This document shows, in pieces, positions 50,868-63,670 of a stretch of DNA of 64,000 bases. The first letter of the stretch is position 1. Each line of letters opens with the position of its first letter. Made by a program: the position numbers and the translations under genes. The notes beneath the pieces are model-generated. The model worked only from the letters and a program-made list of their open reading frames with translations, did not search any database and was not told where the DNA came from. The stretch is from Octopus sinensis (Eukaryota): the NCBI RefSeq assembly GCF_006345805.1, contig NC_043019.1, positions 1,178,001 to 1,242,000 on the forward strand, written 5' to 3'.

Positions 50868-50920
50868 ATATCGAGCAATACCATCGTTTCATCTCCTTAT
50901 TAATCGTGAGCATCGCGAAT

Positions 50921-50978
50921 ATGGCTTTTCGGCCCTGCTGGAATTTTATACTTCTTTCAACACTTGTGGAAACGAGAG
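50921..50978 (+). CDS. Candidate first coding exon (signal peptide)
   Basis: ATG...MAFRPCWNFILLSTLVETR plus one G, then donor AG|gtacgt (phase 1). This is a typical signal-peptide exon layout. Confidence 0.45.
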
Positions 50979-51607
50979 GTACGTATTGTAGCGAAAGTCA
51001 GAGAGATTACCACCCATGTTGCGCATACCTGTGTTCAGTCAAAGAATTTTGTCATTGAAAGTCTCGCACATTTCGCCTACAGCCAGCTACAGTGTCCATG
51101 CAACACATAATGACATCCTTGCGTCTGAAGCTCCATAACTTTTAAACATTAAGATTACTCTTTCAAATGAAATGCTTATTTATTCATATTGTTTCAATTA
51201 GTCACGTGTTGCTTCATAGCTTCAAGATATATCAATGATGTGATTGTTTATTTTTAGAATTATCGTGTAAGGTAGGTGAGGGAACTATCTTGTAAGGTAG
51301 GCCACCTTAAATAAAAAAAAAACACGTAGAATGCTTATGCCAAAAATGGCCAATTTTAATGCTAAAGGGTTGTACATCCTTGGACTCAAACGAAATCTTA
51401 GTATTCTGTTGTGTCTGGGGAGAGTCATTTTCTTTGTGTGCCCTATAATGTAACGCACTCACCGGTAAAATTTCCACTTATTTCTTATTTATATTTTCCT
51501 AAAATATTCGCTTCGTCTTGCAACCTTTTCAATAGTCTTAACGTCATAAAGCACAAAAAGAAAATGACTCTCCCCAAACACAACAGAATATCCTTCAGCA
51601 CACGGTC

Positions 51608-52040
51608 TCTCTCTTTACTCTCTTTTACTCTTTTACTTGTTTCAGTCATTTGATTGCGGCCATGCTGGAGCACCGCCTTTAATCGAGCAAATCGACCCCG
51701 GGACTTATTCTTTGTAAGCCCAGTACTTATTCTATCGGTCTCTTTTGCCGAACCGCTAAGTAACGGGGACATAAACACACCAGCATCGGTTGTCAAGCAA
51801 TGCTAGGGAGACAAACACAAACACACAAACATACACGCACACACACACACACACATATATATATACATATATACGACGGGCTTCTTTCAGTTTCCGTCTA
51901 CCAAATCCACTCACAAGGCTTTGGTCGGCTCGAGGTTATAGTAGAAGACACTTGCCCAAGGTGCCACGCAGTGGGACTGAACCCGGAACCATGTGGTTGG
52001 CAGACAAGCTACCTACCACACAGCCACTCCTGCGCCTATA
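51608..52040 (-). mobile_element. SINE type D, full length
   Basis: Head, CORE-like region, internal CA tract, and tail ggcggtgctccagcatggcc. Confidence 0.94.
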
Positions 52041-52363
52041 AAGAATCTTGCAAACCAAACCAAAAACGAAATCTTTGTAGTTTTATCAGATTTTTCCTCT
52101 TCGTAAACTAATAGTTTCTCACTCCCAGCTGTTGAATGGTTGTTGAACTGTGTACGTTGAAAATTTTGCAAGATTTTGTATTTAGTTCTAAATGTGCTCA
52201 AGGGAAAACCACCCATCTCATGAATTAAGCTCAGCAGGGATGCCGGTTTGGTTACTGAATCCCCTACCATGTATAATATTGTAATAAACTACACGTTGCC
52301 AATAGCGCTATGAGTGACCTGCCATTTAGATATATAGAAGATGCATATATGTTTGTTTCTATG

Positions 52364-52402
<39 letters not shown>

Positions 52403-52841
52403 CGATTCCTTGTGAAACTGCAATTCTCGCAAGATAACTAAAATCGCATAATTTGAAGATTGCATTTTCATTGTTATTAAAGACATTGTCAGATTATACA
52501 AAACACTCATGAAGCTCAGAATGTATTTAAATAAACGTATGACACGTTATCCATTCTTGTAACGATGTATACAAATATATTTATACTTGTTTGTAAGAAG
52601 CAATAATAGATAATAACCGCGCAAAGGTACATGATATATTGGTATTCAGTTATATACACGCCTACATAGTTATATACAACTCCATACTACATGATGTTTA
52701 ATTCCCAGTGAGAGTTTTGCTTCAGTCTGGAAGCCAACATAATTTCCATCGGTTTGAAACTAGATAAGTAAATCCAAGTACGAATATATGTCTATCTGTC
52801 TATCTCTCTATATAAGTAATTAAATATATGTATGTATGCAT

Positions 52842-52911
<70 letters not shown>

Positions 52912-52949
52912 TATATAATACATATATATGTAATATATATAATATATAC

Positions 52950-52997
<48 letters not shown>

Positions 52998-53214
52998 TAT
53001 AGATATATATAGATATAATATATATACTACATATACATACATATAACATGCATATACTTACGTACATATATACACATACTTACATACATGCATATATATA
53101 TATATATGTTTATACATGAGTGTGTCTGTGTTTATGGATGTATGTATATATGTGTATATACACATGTTGCTTTAGACGGTATGCAGTTACGAGCGGTATG
53201 TATACATATCTATG

Positions 53215-53437
53215 TGGCAGAAACGTTAGCAAGCCGGGCGAAATGCTCAGCGGTATTTCGTCTACCGTTATGTTCTGAGTTCATATTCCGCCGAGGTCGA
53301 CTTTGCCTTTCATCCTTTCGGGGTCGATAAATTAAGTACCAGTTACACACTGGGGTCGATGTAATCGACTTAATACCTATATCTGTCCTTGTTTGTCCCC
53401 TCTGTGTTTAGCCCCTTGTGGGTAATAAAGAAATAAG
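53215..53437 (+). mobile_element. SINE type A
   Basis: Full body. Confidence 0.92.
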
Positions 53438-53731
53438 TATATATGTATGCATACTTTTACTCTCAGAGAATATGGCGAAAACCAAGAGCGAAAGAGAACA
53501 GTATCATGTGTTATAAGGAATAAAGTGCTCGAAGAAAAACGAAGCGAAATAAATCAGAAATATATGAGTAGGGAGAAGTAAAGCTAACGTACCGGAGATG
53601 TTTGTGGGGCGTGATAACGAAGACTAGATTTGCAGAGGAGGTCATAAAATTTTCTCTCATTTGCTTCGTATCTTTCTGAAGTTTTTTTGTTTTTTTTTTT
53701 GTTGAAGTTTATCAAATAATAGTAAATACTA

Positions 53732-54035
53732 GGTGCAGGATTGACTGTGTGGTTAGAAACTTCCTTCCCGACCACTTGATACCGGCAAATGTGTTCTACT
53801 TTAGCCTTGGGTCGACCAAAGCCTTGTGAGAGGATTCGGTAGACTGTCTCCCACCACAATCCCTTGACGACTGAAGTTGGTGCGTTTACGTCCTCGTAAC
53901 TTAGCGGTTCAGCTAAAGGCCTGATAAAGCATGTACTAGGTAACAAGGAATAAGTCCTGGGGTAGATTTGTTTGACTAAAGGTGGTGTTACATCATGGTC
54001 ACCGTGAAATGACCTAAAGAAGTAAATGAATAGGA
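53732..54035 (+). mobile_element. SINE type D, diverged
   Basis: ggtgcaggattgactgtgtggttag...ggtcgaccaaagccttgtgag...aataagtcctgggg. Confidence 0.8.
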
Positions 54036-54251
54036 GAATAACATTATCGAATATCATTGCGTTACCGTGTCACTGCTTTTTAGGAAGGTAAATACACTAT
54101 ACTTTTTATTCTATATTATTTGTACCAGAAAGGTGTATGGGTACATAGATTGATAGATAGCTCTATATATTTATATACAGTATGCATGCATACATACATA
54201 AATTCCCACAAATGTACATCATATGCGTCTTGATGTGTCTATGTATTTATG

Positions 54252-54305
<54 letters not shown>

Positions 54306-54319
54306 TATATACATACATA

Positions 54320-54354
<35 letters not shown>

Positions 54355-54369
54355 CATATATACATACAT

Positions 54370-54423
<54 letters not shown>

Positions 54424-54441
54424 GCATATATCCACATATAC

Positions 54442-54473
<32 letters not shown>

Positions 54474-54657
54474 GAGAGGAGAGAGAGAGAGACAGAGAGA
54501 CAGAGATTTAAAAAAACACCTTTTATCAATTCAAAATGAACAATTAAATTACGCCATGTAGAAAATTACATATAATAGAAATATTAAAATTAAAATAACA
54601 ATAATATATCAATGATTAAGTAAATTGCAAAAAAATGAATAATAATAAAAATGTGTA

Positions 54658-54770
<113 letters not shown>

Positions 54771-54779
54771 GAATAGATA

Positions 54780-54960
54780 GTCGTGGAAAATGCTGAAAAG
54801 CTATTCTTACCAGATTATGTTGCGAACTCAATAACTGAATTTAAGTATGAACCAAACGAAGGAGTTACCTTCGAGGCGGACTATAGAAGATATGAACAAA
54901 TCTTCATTAAAAAGTGCAAAGACTAGGACTCCCAAACAGAAACGTCTGATATAAACTTTA
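54780..54960 (+). mobile_element. Gypsy-like LTR retrotransposon gag relic
   Basis: VVENAEKLFLPDYVANSITEFKYEPNEGVTFEADYRRYEQIFIKKCKD* resembles the recalled ANSITEFxYDPDNGxTFExWFKRYEDIF gag motif. Confidence 0.5.
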
Positions 54961-55091
54961 AAAATAAAATAGACATATTGTGTAAAAAGTGTTTGTTTAT
55001 AATTTTACAATTTTTGAAGCGTGGAAGGTGTTTATAAGCCATTTAAGAAACACACAAAAACCGTTAGATTCACTTTAACATTTAAATTTAA

Positions 55092-55142
55092 TTTGTCAAA
55101 ATATTTTCGTCGCTTTGTGACCGCGACCTGTTCACTGACAAA
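55092..55142 (-). ncRNA. Decayed type I HHR motif (H7)
   Basis: Stem I UUUGUCA/UGACAAA, core GUGAACA (two changes from CUGAAGA), extra G, stem II GUCGC/GCGAC, GAAA, palindrome AAUAUU. Confidence 0.55.
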
Positions 55143-56282
55143 ACTTCGTGCTGCATCTATAAGTTTTTATAATTTTTATAATCTCTTTTATATTTTTTTT
55201 TTCTTCATTGGTGTTATGTCTCGCTTCTCTTTCCACAACAGCTTTTTTTTTTTCAATTTGGCTGGAATCATTCTCTCTACCGCCATCCTCAGAATAGGTC
55301 AATAGTTAAGCTGAGCTTAAAGAATGAATTCATTTAGCAGTGCAGGGTTATAACTAAAAAAATGTTTGAAAATGTATTTCGCAACATTTATGCTAGTTTT
55401 GTAATTTGCAGGAATAGAGAGGGAGATAAAAGTTAATATGATCAATAAAGTTTTCACGTAAGATTTCTAAATCTCTTTGTTTTCGTATCATCTTAAATTA
55501 ATAAACATAAAATTCTGCCCGATTTCATTGAAGTAGATAGTTAATTCTGGGACGCCCTGTATCTTAATGGAGGGCTATATATCTGAACCACATTGAAGAG
55601 ATTTCTCTTGTTTTTAAGTGCTTGCCGAAATTAATTGCACTCTTAATGTGCACCTTTGAAAACATGAAAGGCACTTTGTTTCGTTATGTGTTATCGAGCC
55701 AATGGTGAGTGGAGAGATTATGTTTAATCACTGAGTTGATTGACGGTGTATTCCTGAATTTCGGGTCAAAATGCATAGAATAATTAAAGAAAACAATGTT
55801 TTGTGCCTAATGACACCCATGGTGTAGAAACAGCTACGAGAATAGGAAGCTGAGATGAAGCACGAACAATAGAAAAATAAGAGAAGCCTTTAGAATCGCG
55901 TGGTGTTGAGGCATAAGAATGACTTGACAGGAGAAGCTATAATTTGCAAACTGTGTATGATGTGGTAATGGTATTGTTATTACAGGCATAATGCTAGGGC
56001 GGTTATCCAAGAAATTTAGCTGAAGATCCTAACAATGATTGTATTTTAAACAGAATTCTGGAGACATTGACGCATTCTATAATACGTTGAAGCAGGCTGG
56101 CAATATGATGGGTCTCTTGTTGTGAGAAGAATGAGAGATAATGTCGCAACATGTTAACAATCGTGCGAAACAAACATAGGACAATGTGCTGAATGATTAA
56201 TTGAATTCCACATAGCATGATGTCAAATTACTCCAGCATTATGATATGAACAGCCATTTACAGGTATAATTTAAGAACGGGA

Positions 56283-56615
56283 CTCCCTTCGGTCACGACA
56301 CTGACCATCGGATTGCACCTAGAAAGTTACCCTCCTTGTCACAAGTCTGGGCAAGGTGGTTTACGGAAGACCAACAGTAGCCCGTGCATCCCGGCCTCAC
56401 CTCTCCACGCCACCGGTGTTATCTAAGGGAAAGGCAGCAGCCGATACAGCTTGGCACCTGTGATGTCGCAGCTCATTTCTACAGCTGAGTGAACTGGAGC
56501 AACGTGAAATAAAGTGTCTTGCTCAAGAACACAACATGCAGCTCAGTCCGGGATTCGAGCTCACAACCTCACGATCGTAACCTCGACGCTCTAACCACTT
56601 AACCATGCGCTTCAC
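56283..56615 (-). mobile_element. SINE type B (tail ii)
   Basis: Homolog of 20590-20930. Confidence 0.9.
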
Positions 56616-57072
56616 ATGAATTAAGAACATGGACAATATTACATGTCGCCAGGCGTAGCGGAATGTAGGAAATTGCAAAAGGAAGCGTCGATTATTTTGG
56701 TAGCATTCAGAAACAGAATTGCAAGACAGTTGCTGTGATACCCCTATCTTTATTTTAGGGATCGTCTTCCTAATTGAAGTAATTTTACCACAGCGCAATT
56801 TTAATGATGCCGAAATACCAAACATTTGATCCCTTTTATTATACTGATATATATTCAAACCCATCACGGACATAAATTTTATAAAACTTAACCCATTTCC
56901 CTGATGTCCTGTTTCAGATTATTTTCTTTTGATATCACGAATTCATAAAACTTAAATTCAAGCTATCGTTTTATGTTCCACCACGAACATTACGCAGAAT
57001 TTTCTAAATTCACTGGACAAAAATTGTGTTTTCTTATCAGACACAATCACGTCTGTGATGTGGAGACACATG

Positions 57073-57289
57073 TATTTCACTACTGCCCACAAGGGGCTAA
57101 ACACAGAGGGGGCAAACGGATTATGTCGATTACATCGACCCCAGGGCGTAACTGATACTTAATTTATCGACCCCGAAAGGATGAAAGGCAAAGTCGACCT
57201 CGGCGGAATTTGAACTCAGAACGTAACGGCAGACGAAATACGGCTACGCATTTCACCCGGCGTGCTAACGAGTCTGCCAGCTCGCCACC
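57073..57289 (-). mobile_element. SINE type A with 14-bp TSD, inserted at the head of a type C SINE
   Basis: TSD tgtggagacacatg at 57059-57072 and 57290-57303. Confidence 0.92.
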
Positions 57290-57480
57290 TGTGGAGACAC
57301 ATGGCCTAGTGGTTAGAGCACCGGACTCGCAGTTTAGGGATTGCGGGTTCGAATCTCAGACCGGGTGATATGTGTGTTTATGAGCGAAACACCTAAGGTC
57401 CACGCGGCACCGGCAGAAGGTAATGGCGAACTTCTGCTGACTCTTTCGCCACAAACTTTCTCTCACTCTTTCCTCATGCA
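57290..57480 (+). mobile_element. SINE type C variant, 3' truncated
   Basis: tggcctagtggttagagc...gggttcgaatctcagacc. Confidence 0.88.
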
Positions 57481-57964
57481 TTACACGCTTAGAACTTGAC
57501 ATTCTGTTATTCTATCGAATTTCAGAAACTAGCACTGCATCATATTCATATTCTCATCATTTTGAATACAAGAGAGAAAAAAATTTCTAGTAACTGCACT
57601 GAAATTCAAAAATATGTGCTTGCAGAGACTTCAAAATGAAGCAACGTAAAAACAAAATCAAAGGAAAACAAATGAGAAACCAAAAAAGACTAAAAACGGA
57701 AATGAAAAATTCATAGAAACTGTGTTGAGGCAAATATCATTGTATTTTGTTTGAACAGTAATGAATGGAGGAAAGAAATTCTATACAACTTCAGATTTGA
57801 CAACAGCGAATATAGAGTGACAATGACTCTGTAGAAGAAACTATGGTGAAAGTAATCGGATTGATAATAACATTTTACCAAAGCAAAAAATATACAACTT
57901 AGATTGGACTGCCACAAACACATCGATTCTGCAGTGTAGTTTTCCTTAAAAGCCATGTAACACG

Positions 57965-58240
57965 TACATTATTTACATTATACGGATTGTCCTCGTCTTG
58001 TTTGTTGTTAACCCAACGTTTCGGTTGATATACCCTCCAGCCTTCTTCAGGTGTCATGGGGAAATTTCGAGAAATTTCGAACCTGGGTTCTCATTCGAAA
58101 TTTCCCCAAGACAGCCGAAGAAGGCTTGGAGGATATATCAGCCGAAACGTTGTGTTAATAAAAAACAAGTTGAGGGCAAATATCCGTCGAATGTAAATAA
58201 TGTAAATAATGTACATAATACCTCAACTCTTAAATATAGA
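57965..58240. mobile_element. H4-family fold-back element with two HHRs (minus 58010-58055, plus 58110-58155)
   Basis: Inverted arms around ttcgaacctgggttctcattcgaa. Flanking direct repeat ccatgtaaca. Confidence 0.88.
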
Positions 58241-58454
58241 ACTGTATCCATGTAACATATTTTACATTTCTTGCATAAATAATAAATACTGCGCTTAAAC
58301 ACTAATACAAGTATGGGTGATTCTTTTATTCAGTACATGAATATTTGTCATATTCGTATTTTTAAGTAGAACGTAGATATTAGATATTAGATATTGTTGA
58401 AATATAAAATGTTTTCTGTTCAAACAACTATATTGAGCATATTATGTTTGCACT

Positions 58455-58792
58455 TGTGAAGGCGCTTGGCTCAGTGATTAGAGCATCGAGCTTATGATTG
58501 TGAGGTTGTGAGTTCGATTCCCGGACCGGGCTGCCTGTTGTGTTCTTGAGCAAGACACTTTATTTCATGTTGCTCCAGTTAACTCAGCTGTAGAAATGAG
58601 TTGCAACATCACTGGTGCCAAGCTGTATCGGCCCCTTTGCCTTTCCCTTGGATAAAATCAGTGGTGTGGAAAGGTGAGGCTGGTATGCATGGGCGCCTGC
58701 TGGCCTTCCATAAACAACCTTGCCCGGACTTGTACCTCGGAGGGTAACTTTCTGGGTGCAATCCCATGGCCATTCATGACGAAAGGGGGTCT
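58455..58792 (+). mobile_element. SINE type B (tail ii)
   Basis: A-box tggctcagtga, B-box gagttcgattcc, CORE-like gtgttcttgagcaagacactt. Confidence 0.92.
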
Positions 58793-59442
58793 CCACAAAA
58801 ATGTATGATACGTTACATGTCCCTTATTTCTAGTACGTCTACAACATCAATTTACTTTCGATTCTGATATTGGGCCATTTTAAAAAACCCAAATCAAAAC
58901 ATATCTACTTACGTTATGGCGTAAACGAAATAAGGGTTGTTTTTCTTTTTTGTCATTTTGTATTTATACGTCACGGTTTCATTTACCTTTATATTCTTGA
59001 CAAAAGTGTAGCAACATAAAAACAGAGAACACAGAGAGAGGATCAAAAATAATCTCTCTAATATATGCAGTAAACCGAGGTATTTTACTTCAGTTTAGGA
59101 TTATCGTATGCAAAAATAGATAGAAAGCTTTGGAAATGTTCGCATTTATGACAATCGTGTTCACAGTACACAGAAAGCAGCACTTGCAGATTTGCTGAAT
59201 AATGATGAGAAATTGGTAATGCATATAGGAATCTATTGAAGTTAGAAATTCTCACGAACTTGGAATTGTGTCCATTATATACGGTCTTTGTACCCCAAGC
59301 GGCATTTTGAGCAGTAATTCATAAAGAATGTTATAGTAGGGCCTAAAATAACTTAAGAAGTTCGCAGCATTGCGCTGTATAATATTGAACAAATAATTAT
59401 TATTCATGACTATCCTGTTACGATATATGATTACCTGAATTT

Positions 59443-60276
59443 ATGTCAGTGTTTAATAATGACACCTATGCAGTTCAAATGTAGAAAGCTTCAGATATTG
59501 GCTTTAAAATATCAAATGTGCATTAACTGCAGAATTTCAGCATAGACCCCATCGTAGATAGAAATGATAGAGAACATAGGTTCTTTTTAATTGATGGCCA
59601 TGGGAATTAGAATGCAACATGTGTACAGCTGACTTTTTTTAGATTATTTCATCGTTTGTGTAGAAAAAATATGTAACTTTATGCATTGCATATTCATGTT
59701 GATAATTTCCTCAGGGCTGGTTGCACGGTTCACATGATGGTTTTCTCGCTGTAACAATATTTGTTGTTAACCCAACGTTTCGGCTGATATACCCTCCAGC
59801 CTTCTTCAGGTGTCATGGAGAAATTTCGAACCTGGGTTCTCATTCGAAATTACCCCCAAGACACCCGAAGAAGGCTGGAGGGTATATCAGCCGAAACGTT
59901 GTGTTAATAAAAAAACAAGTTGATGACAAATATCCATCGAATGTAAATAACGTAAATAATGTACATAATACCTCAATCATGTCAGTCTTTAATAATGACA
60001 CCTATCCAGTTCAAATGTAGAAAGCTTCAGATATTGGCTTTAAAATATCAAATGTGCATTAATTGCAGAATTTCACCATAGATCCCATCGTAGATAGAAA
60101 TGATAGAGAACATAGGTTCTTTTTAATTGATGGTCATGAAACATATGTACAACTCACAATTTTTAGATTATTTCATCTTTTGTGTAGAAAAAAATATGTA
60201 ACTTTATGCATTGCATATTCATGTTGATAATTTCCTCACGGTTCACATGAGGATGTTCTAGCTGTAGCAATATTTG
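59443..60276 (+). repeat. About 300-320-bp direct duplication (59443-59763 and 59979-60276) flanking an H4 element
   Basis: atgtcagt..taataatgacacctat...caatatttg occurs twice with substitutions and small indels. Confidence 0.9.
59760..59978. mobile_element. H4-family fold-back element with two HHRs (minus 59769-59814, plus 59860-59905)
   Basis: Same architecture as 57965-58240. Confidence 0.88.
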
Positions 60277-60291
60277 AATCCCTATTAGGAT

Positions 60292-60512
60292 ATAAAGGGT
60301 GTGCTGAAAAATTCATGGTATAAAGGGTATGGGGAAAAGCCTGGCTCGAGGCTTGACCTTCTGAGTTCTTTTACAGGTCTGAGAAAATCTTAATGACTGC
60401 TGCAATAAGGGCGTGAACCTGAGAGGGGAATATGTTGAATAAGATTATAATTAACTCAACCTCCTGTTATTTTCCTTTAACCAAAATCAGGAGGTTTTTC
60501 AGCAACCCTCGT
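60292..60512. mobile_element. Mariner-derived MITE
   Basis: Imperfect TIRs aagggtgtgctgaaaaattc and gtttttcagcaaccctcgt. Confidence 0.6.
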
Positions 60513-61314
60513 GGACTAGTCTTCTAAGATGAATCTTTAAGAAACAAATGATTCTCTAATGAACTTCAATGAAATGCCACTGACTTCTTTGAAATGGTTA
60601 AGATATTCTAGACCAAAGTATAATCAAGAACATCAAGCCATTCGGAGAGAAATTTCCCTTCTAGACAGAGACATTTATCACGTGACATGTAGAATTGCTA
60701 GAGACTCGGATAAATATACATTAGAAACTTTCCTAAATACTTAGCATGGTGGAGTTACGAGAAAATCCTAAATTGCTCTACAAGGGTTAGAATACATTGT
60801 ACAGCTAGATTTAACCACTGGAGGCTGAACATAGAAAATGAAATTATAATTAATTACGGCATTTTAGATCGAAACATCATCGAAATATAGCAAGCAAAAT
60901 CATCAAATGGTGATACCGTAGCGAATGTATGCGATAACAATAAACAGAAAGCCTGAAATATTTGGGAAGTGGGGAGGGCTAGCAAATATTTCACGGGAAA
61001 ATATTTTTCGAAAATATCATTGATCTATTGTTATCTAGTGCAACAATTTAAAAATGATAATAACAGAATCAATAATGCAGCCGATTGCAGGCCTCAAAAC
61101 GAGCATTAAATAGCTGAAGGAGTAAAATTAATTCATAATGCTAAATTTATCTGTTTTCAACATGTTCATTTATGAACATTGAAATATTTTACTTTGTCAA
61201 CATTGAAAATTGTAAAGATGTTTTTCTAATTCATAATTTTAAACTTTTACCATTGATAAACAAAAAAATATTGTTGAAACTGTAGTTTGGTATACATTAT
61301 TTACATTATTTACA

Positions 61315-61395
61315 TTGGACGCATATTTGTTCTTATCTTGTTTGTTGTTAACACGTTTCGGTGGATATTAAACACGCTTCTTCTTCAGGAGGCTA
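61315..61395 (-). mobile_element. Decayed H4-family fragment
   Basis: cttgtttgttgttaacacgtttcggtggatat...cttcttcagg. Confidence 0.6.
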
Positions 61396-61606
61396 CATGA
61401 ATTTCAATACGGAAACTGTGGAGAGGTGTCCACGTTTTCGCAAATGGTTACTTCATTTTCTACTACTACCACCGGTGTTCTAATGTTTTTAAAAGACATT
61501 CTTTGCAGAGAACAGTTATCGTTTAGAGAAAGTGAATATATGTCTAGTTCGTGCTAGATATGAAGCCAATGATTTTTTTTCTAAAACTGTTATTTTACAC
61601 ATACAA

Positions 61607-61737
<131 letters not shown>

Positions 61738-61743
61738 TAGCGT

Positions 61744-62125
61744 AGGCGAGAGTGGCTGTGTGGTAAGTAGCTTGTTTACCAACCACATGGCTCCGGGTTC
61801 AGTCCCACTGCGTGGCACCTTGGCCAAGTGTCTTCTACTATAGCCTCGGGCCAACCAAAGCCTTGTGAGTGGATTTGGTAGACGGAAACTGAAAGAAGCC
61901 CGTCGTATATGTATATATATATATATGTGTGTGTCTGTGATTGTCTCCCCAACGTCGCTTAACAACGGATGCTGGTGCTTTACGCCACCGTCAGTTAGTG
62001 GTTCGGCAAAAGAGACCGATAGAATAAGTAATAGGCTTACAAAGAATAAGTCCTGGGGACGATTTGCTCGACTAAAGGCGGTGCTCCAGCATGGCCACAG
62101 GCAAATGATTGAAACAAGTAAAAGA

Positions 62126-62127
<2 letters not shown>
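61744..62127 (+). mobile_element. SINE type D, full length
   Basis: tggctgtgtggtaag A-box, gggttcagtccc B-box, and tail aaaggcggtgctccagcatggccacag...gaaacaagtaaaagag. Confidence 0.94.
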
Positions 62128-62188
<61 letters not shown>

Positions 62189-62189
62189 T

Positions 62190-62610
62190 ATTAAATTAGA
62201 GATAAAAACTATTAGGCAAATCAAACAGTGAAAATCATAAGCCAATACATAGAAATAAAATTAATTAAAAAAATAAAATGTAAAATATAAAAATCCAATT
62301 AAAATATTTAAATTAAAGTTATATATAATATATTATCAACAATAATTAAGGGTAAAACTAATCAATTACGAAGTAATCAATAAATTTCACCAAGTAGAAT
62401 CGGTATGAAAACGGACCGTTAACGGTAAATTCTAGTAATACTAATAATTAAGGATCAGCAAAAGAATGCATCACCACATACCGAAGTCAGAAATAGCAGC
62501 CAAAATCTAAGCGATTTCTTCTAAGTAGAAGAAATCGCTTAGATTTTGGCTGCTATTTCTGAACTTCGGTATGTGGTGATTCATTTCTTTTGCTGACCCC
62601 TTAATTATTA

Positions 62611-62613
<3 letters not shown>
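62190..62613. mobile_element. TA-associated element ending in a 175-bp fold-back hairpin (62439-62613)
   Basis: Arms pair almost perfectly around a 2-nt loop at 62524-62525. TA tracts on both sides. Confidence 0.8.
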
Positions 62614-62678
<65 letters not shown>

Positions 62679-62683
62679 GATAT

Positions 62684-63302
62684 ATTATATAAAAGGGCTT
62701 AGTAAAAAAATTACTTTGCCGCATACTGAACTCATTAGAATAGCAGCTAAAAAACTTTTTTAAAGCTATTTAATACTTAAGAAAATCTCTCATATATAGT
62801 GTTTGCTATATAAGCATAGTGTTGATGATTTTAACCCACGCTGGTGAAAGGGGAGAACAGAGATCCTTCGCTTGCTTATTGAATTGTTGACACTGTTAGT
62901 TACGAGCAGATCTTCGAAAGGGTATGTTCTTATTTTCAGTGTTCCAAATCCAAACCAAGGAATTTCTGAGCTGATGATAGAGAAGTGTGTTTTTTGACTA
63001 ATCTTGAAACGTACGTCTCAAATAACCTTGCATTTGATTTTTTCGATGTCTTACCCCCAAACTTTTGTGAGTGAATTAAGCAAACACTATATATGAGAGA
63101 GATTTTCTTTAAGTATTAGAAATAGCTTTAAAAAAGTTTTTTAGCTGCTATTTCTAATGAGTTCAGTATGCGGCAAAGTAATTATTTTATTAATAAGCCT
63201 TTTATATAATGTAATAATTGAATCGCCTTGAATGGTCCCTTTGCATACTGAACACTTGGTGAAAGATAATAATTAATTAATTTTGCCCTCAATTGTTGAA
63301 AA
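62684..63302 (+). mobile_element. H2-family element with inverted 5' segment and HHR at 62967-63020
   Basis: 62684-62807 is the reverse complement of 63077-63210. The forward part matches the 14480-15728 unit, with many 1-bp indels. Confidence 0.9.
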
Positions 63303-63304
63303 TA

Positions 63305-63342
<38 letters not shown>

Positions 63343-63670
63343 TATGAGTACACATACATATGTACTAATATTGACATTGTAAGAAATTATAACCTTTCGG
63401 GAGAACTGGAAATAATTCATTATTGGGTCGCATGACCTTGGAGCGTACGTGAATCTATCAGTAAAAGCATGAGTGGCCTGTTACCTATTGAAATGGAAAA
63501 ACGTGGAAGGGGGCTCCGGCAAAGTGAGCTCACCCTCTCATAGACATGATGTCATTCAAATTCAACGTACTCGATTTAGTTCAGTACAGCTCCATTTTCT
63601 TCTATGTAGCAGACAATAAATCCGTTTTCGTGTAATTATTTTTATTTATTAATATTATATCCACCCCTAG

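Noticed and set aside
60559-60744. 61-aa ORF MNFNEMPLTSLKWLRYSRPK...
   Set aside because: No homology recognised and no clear splice context.
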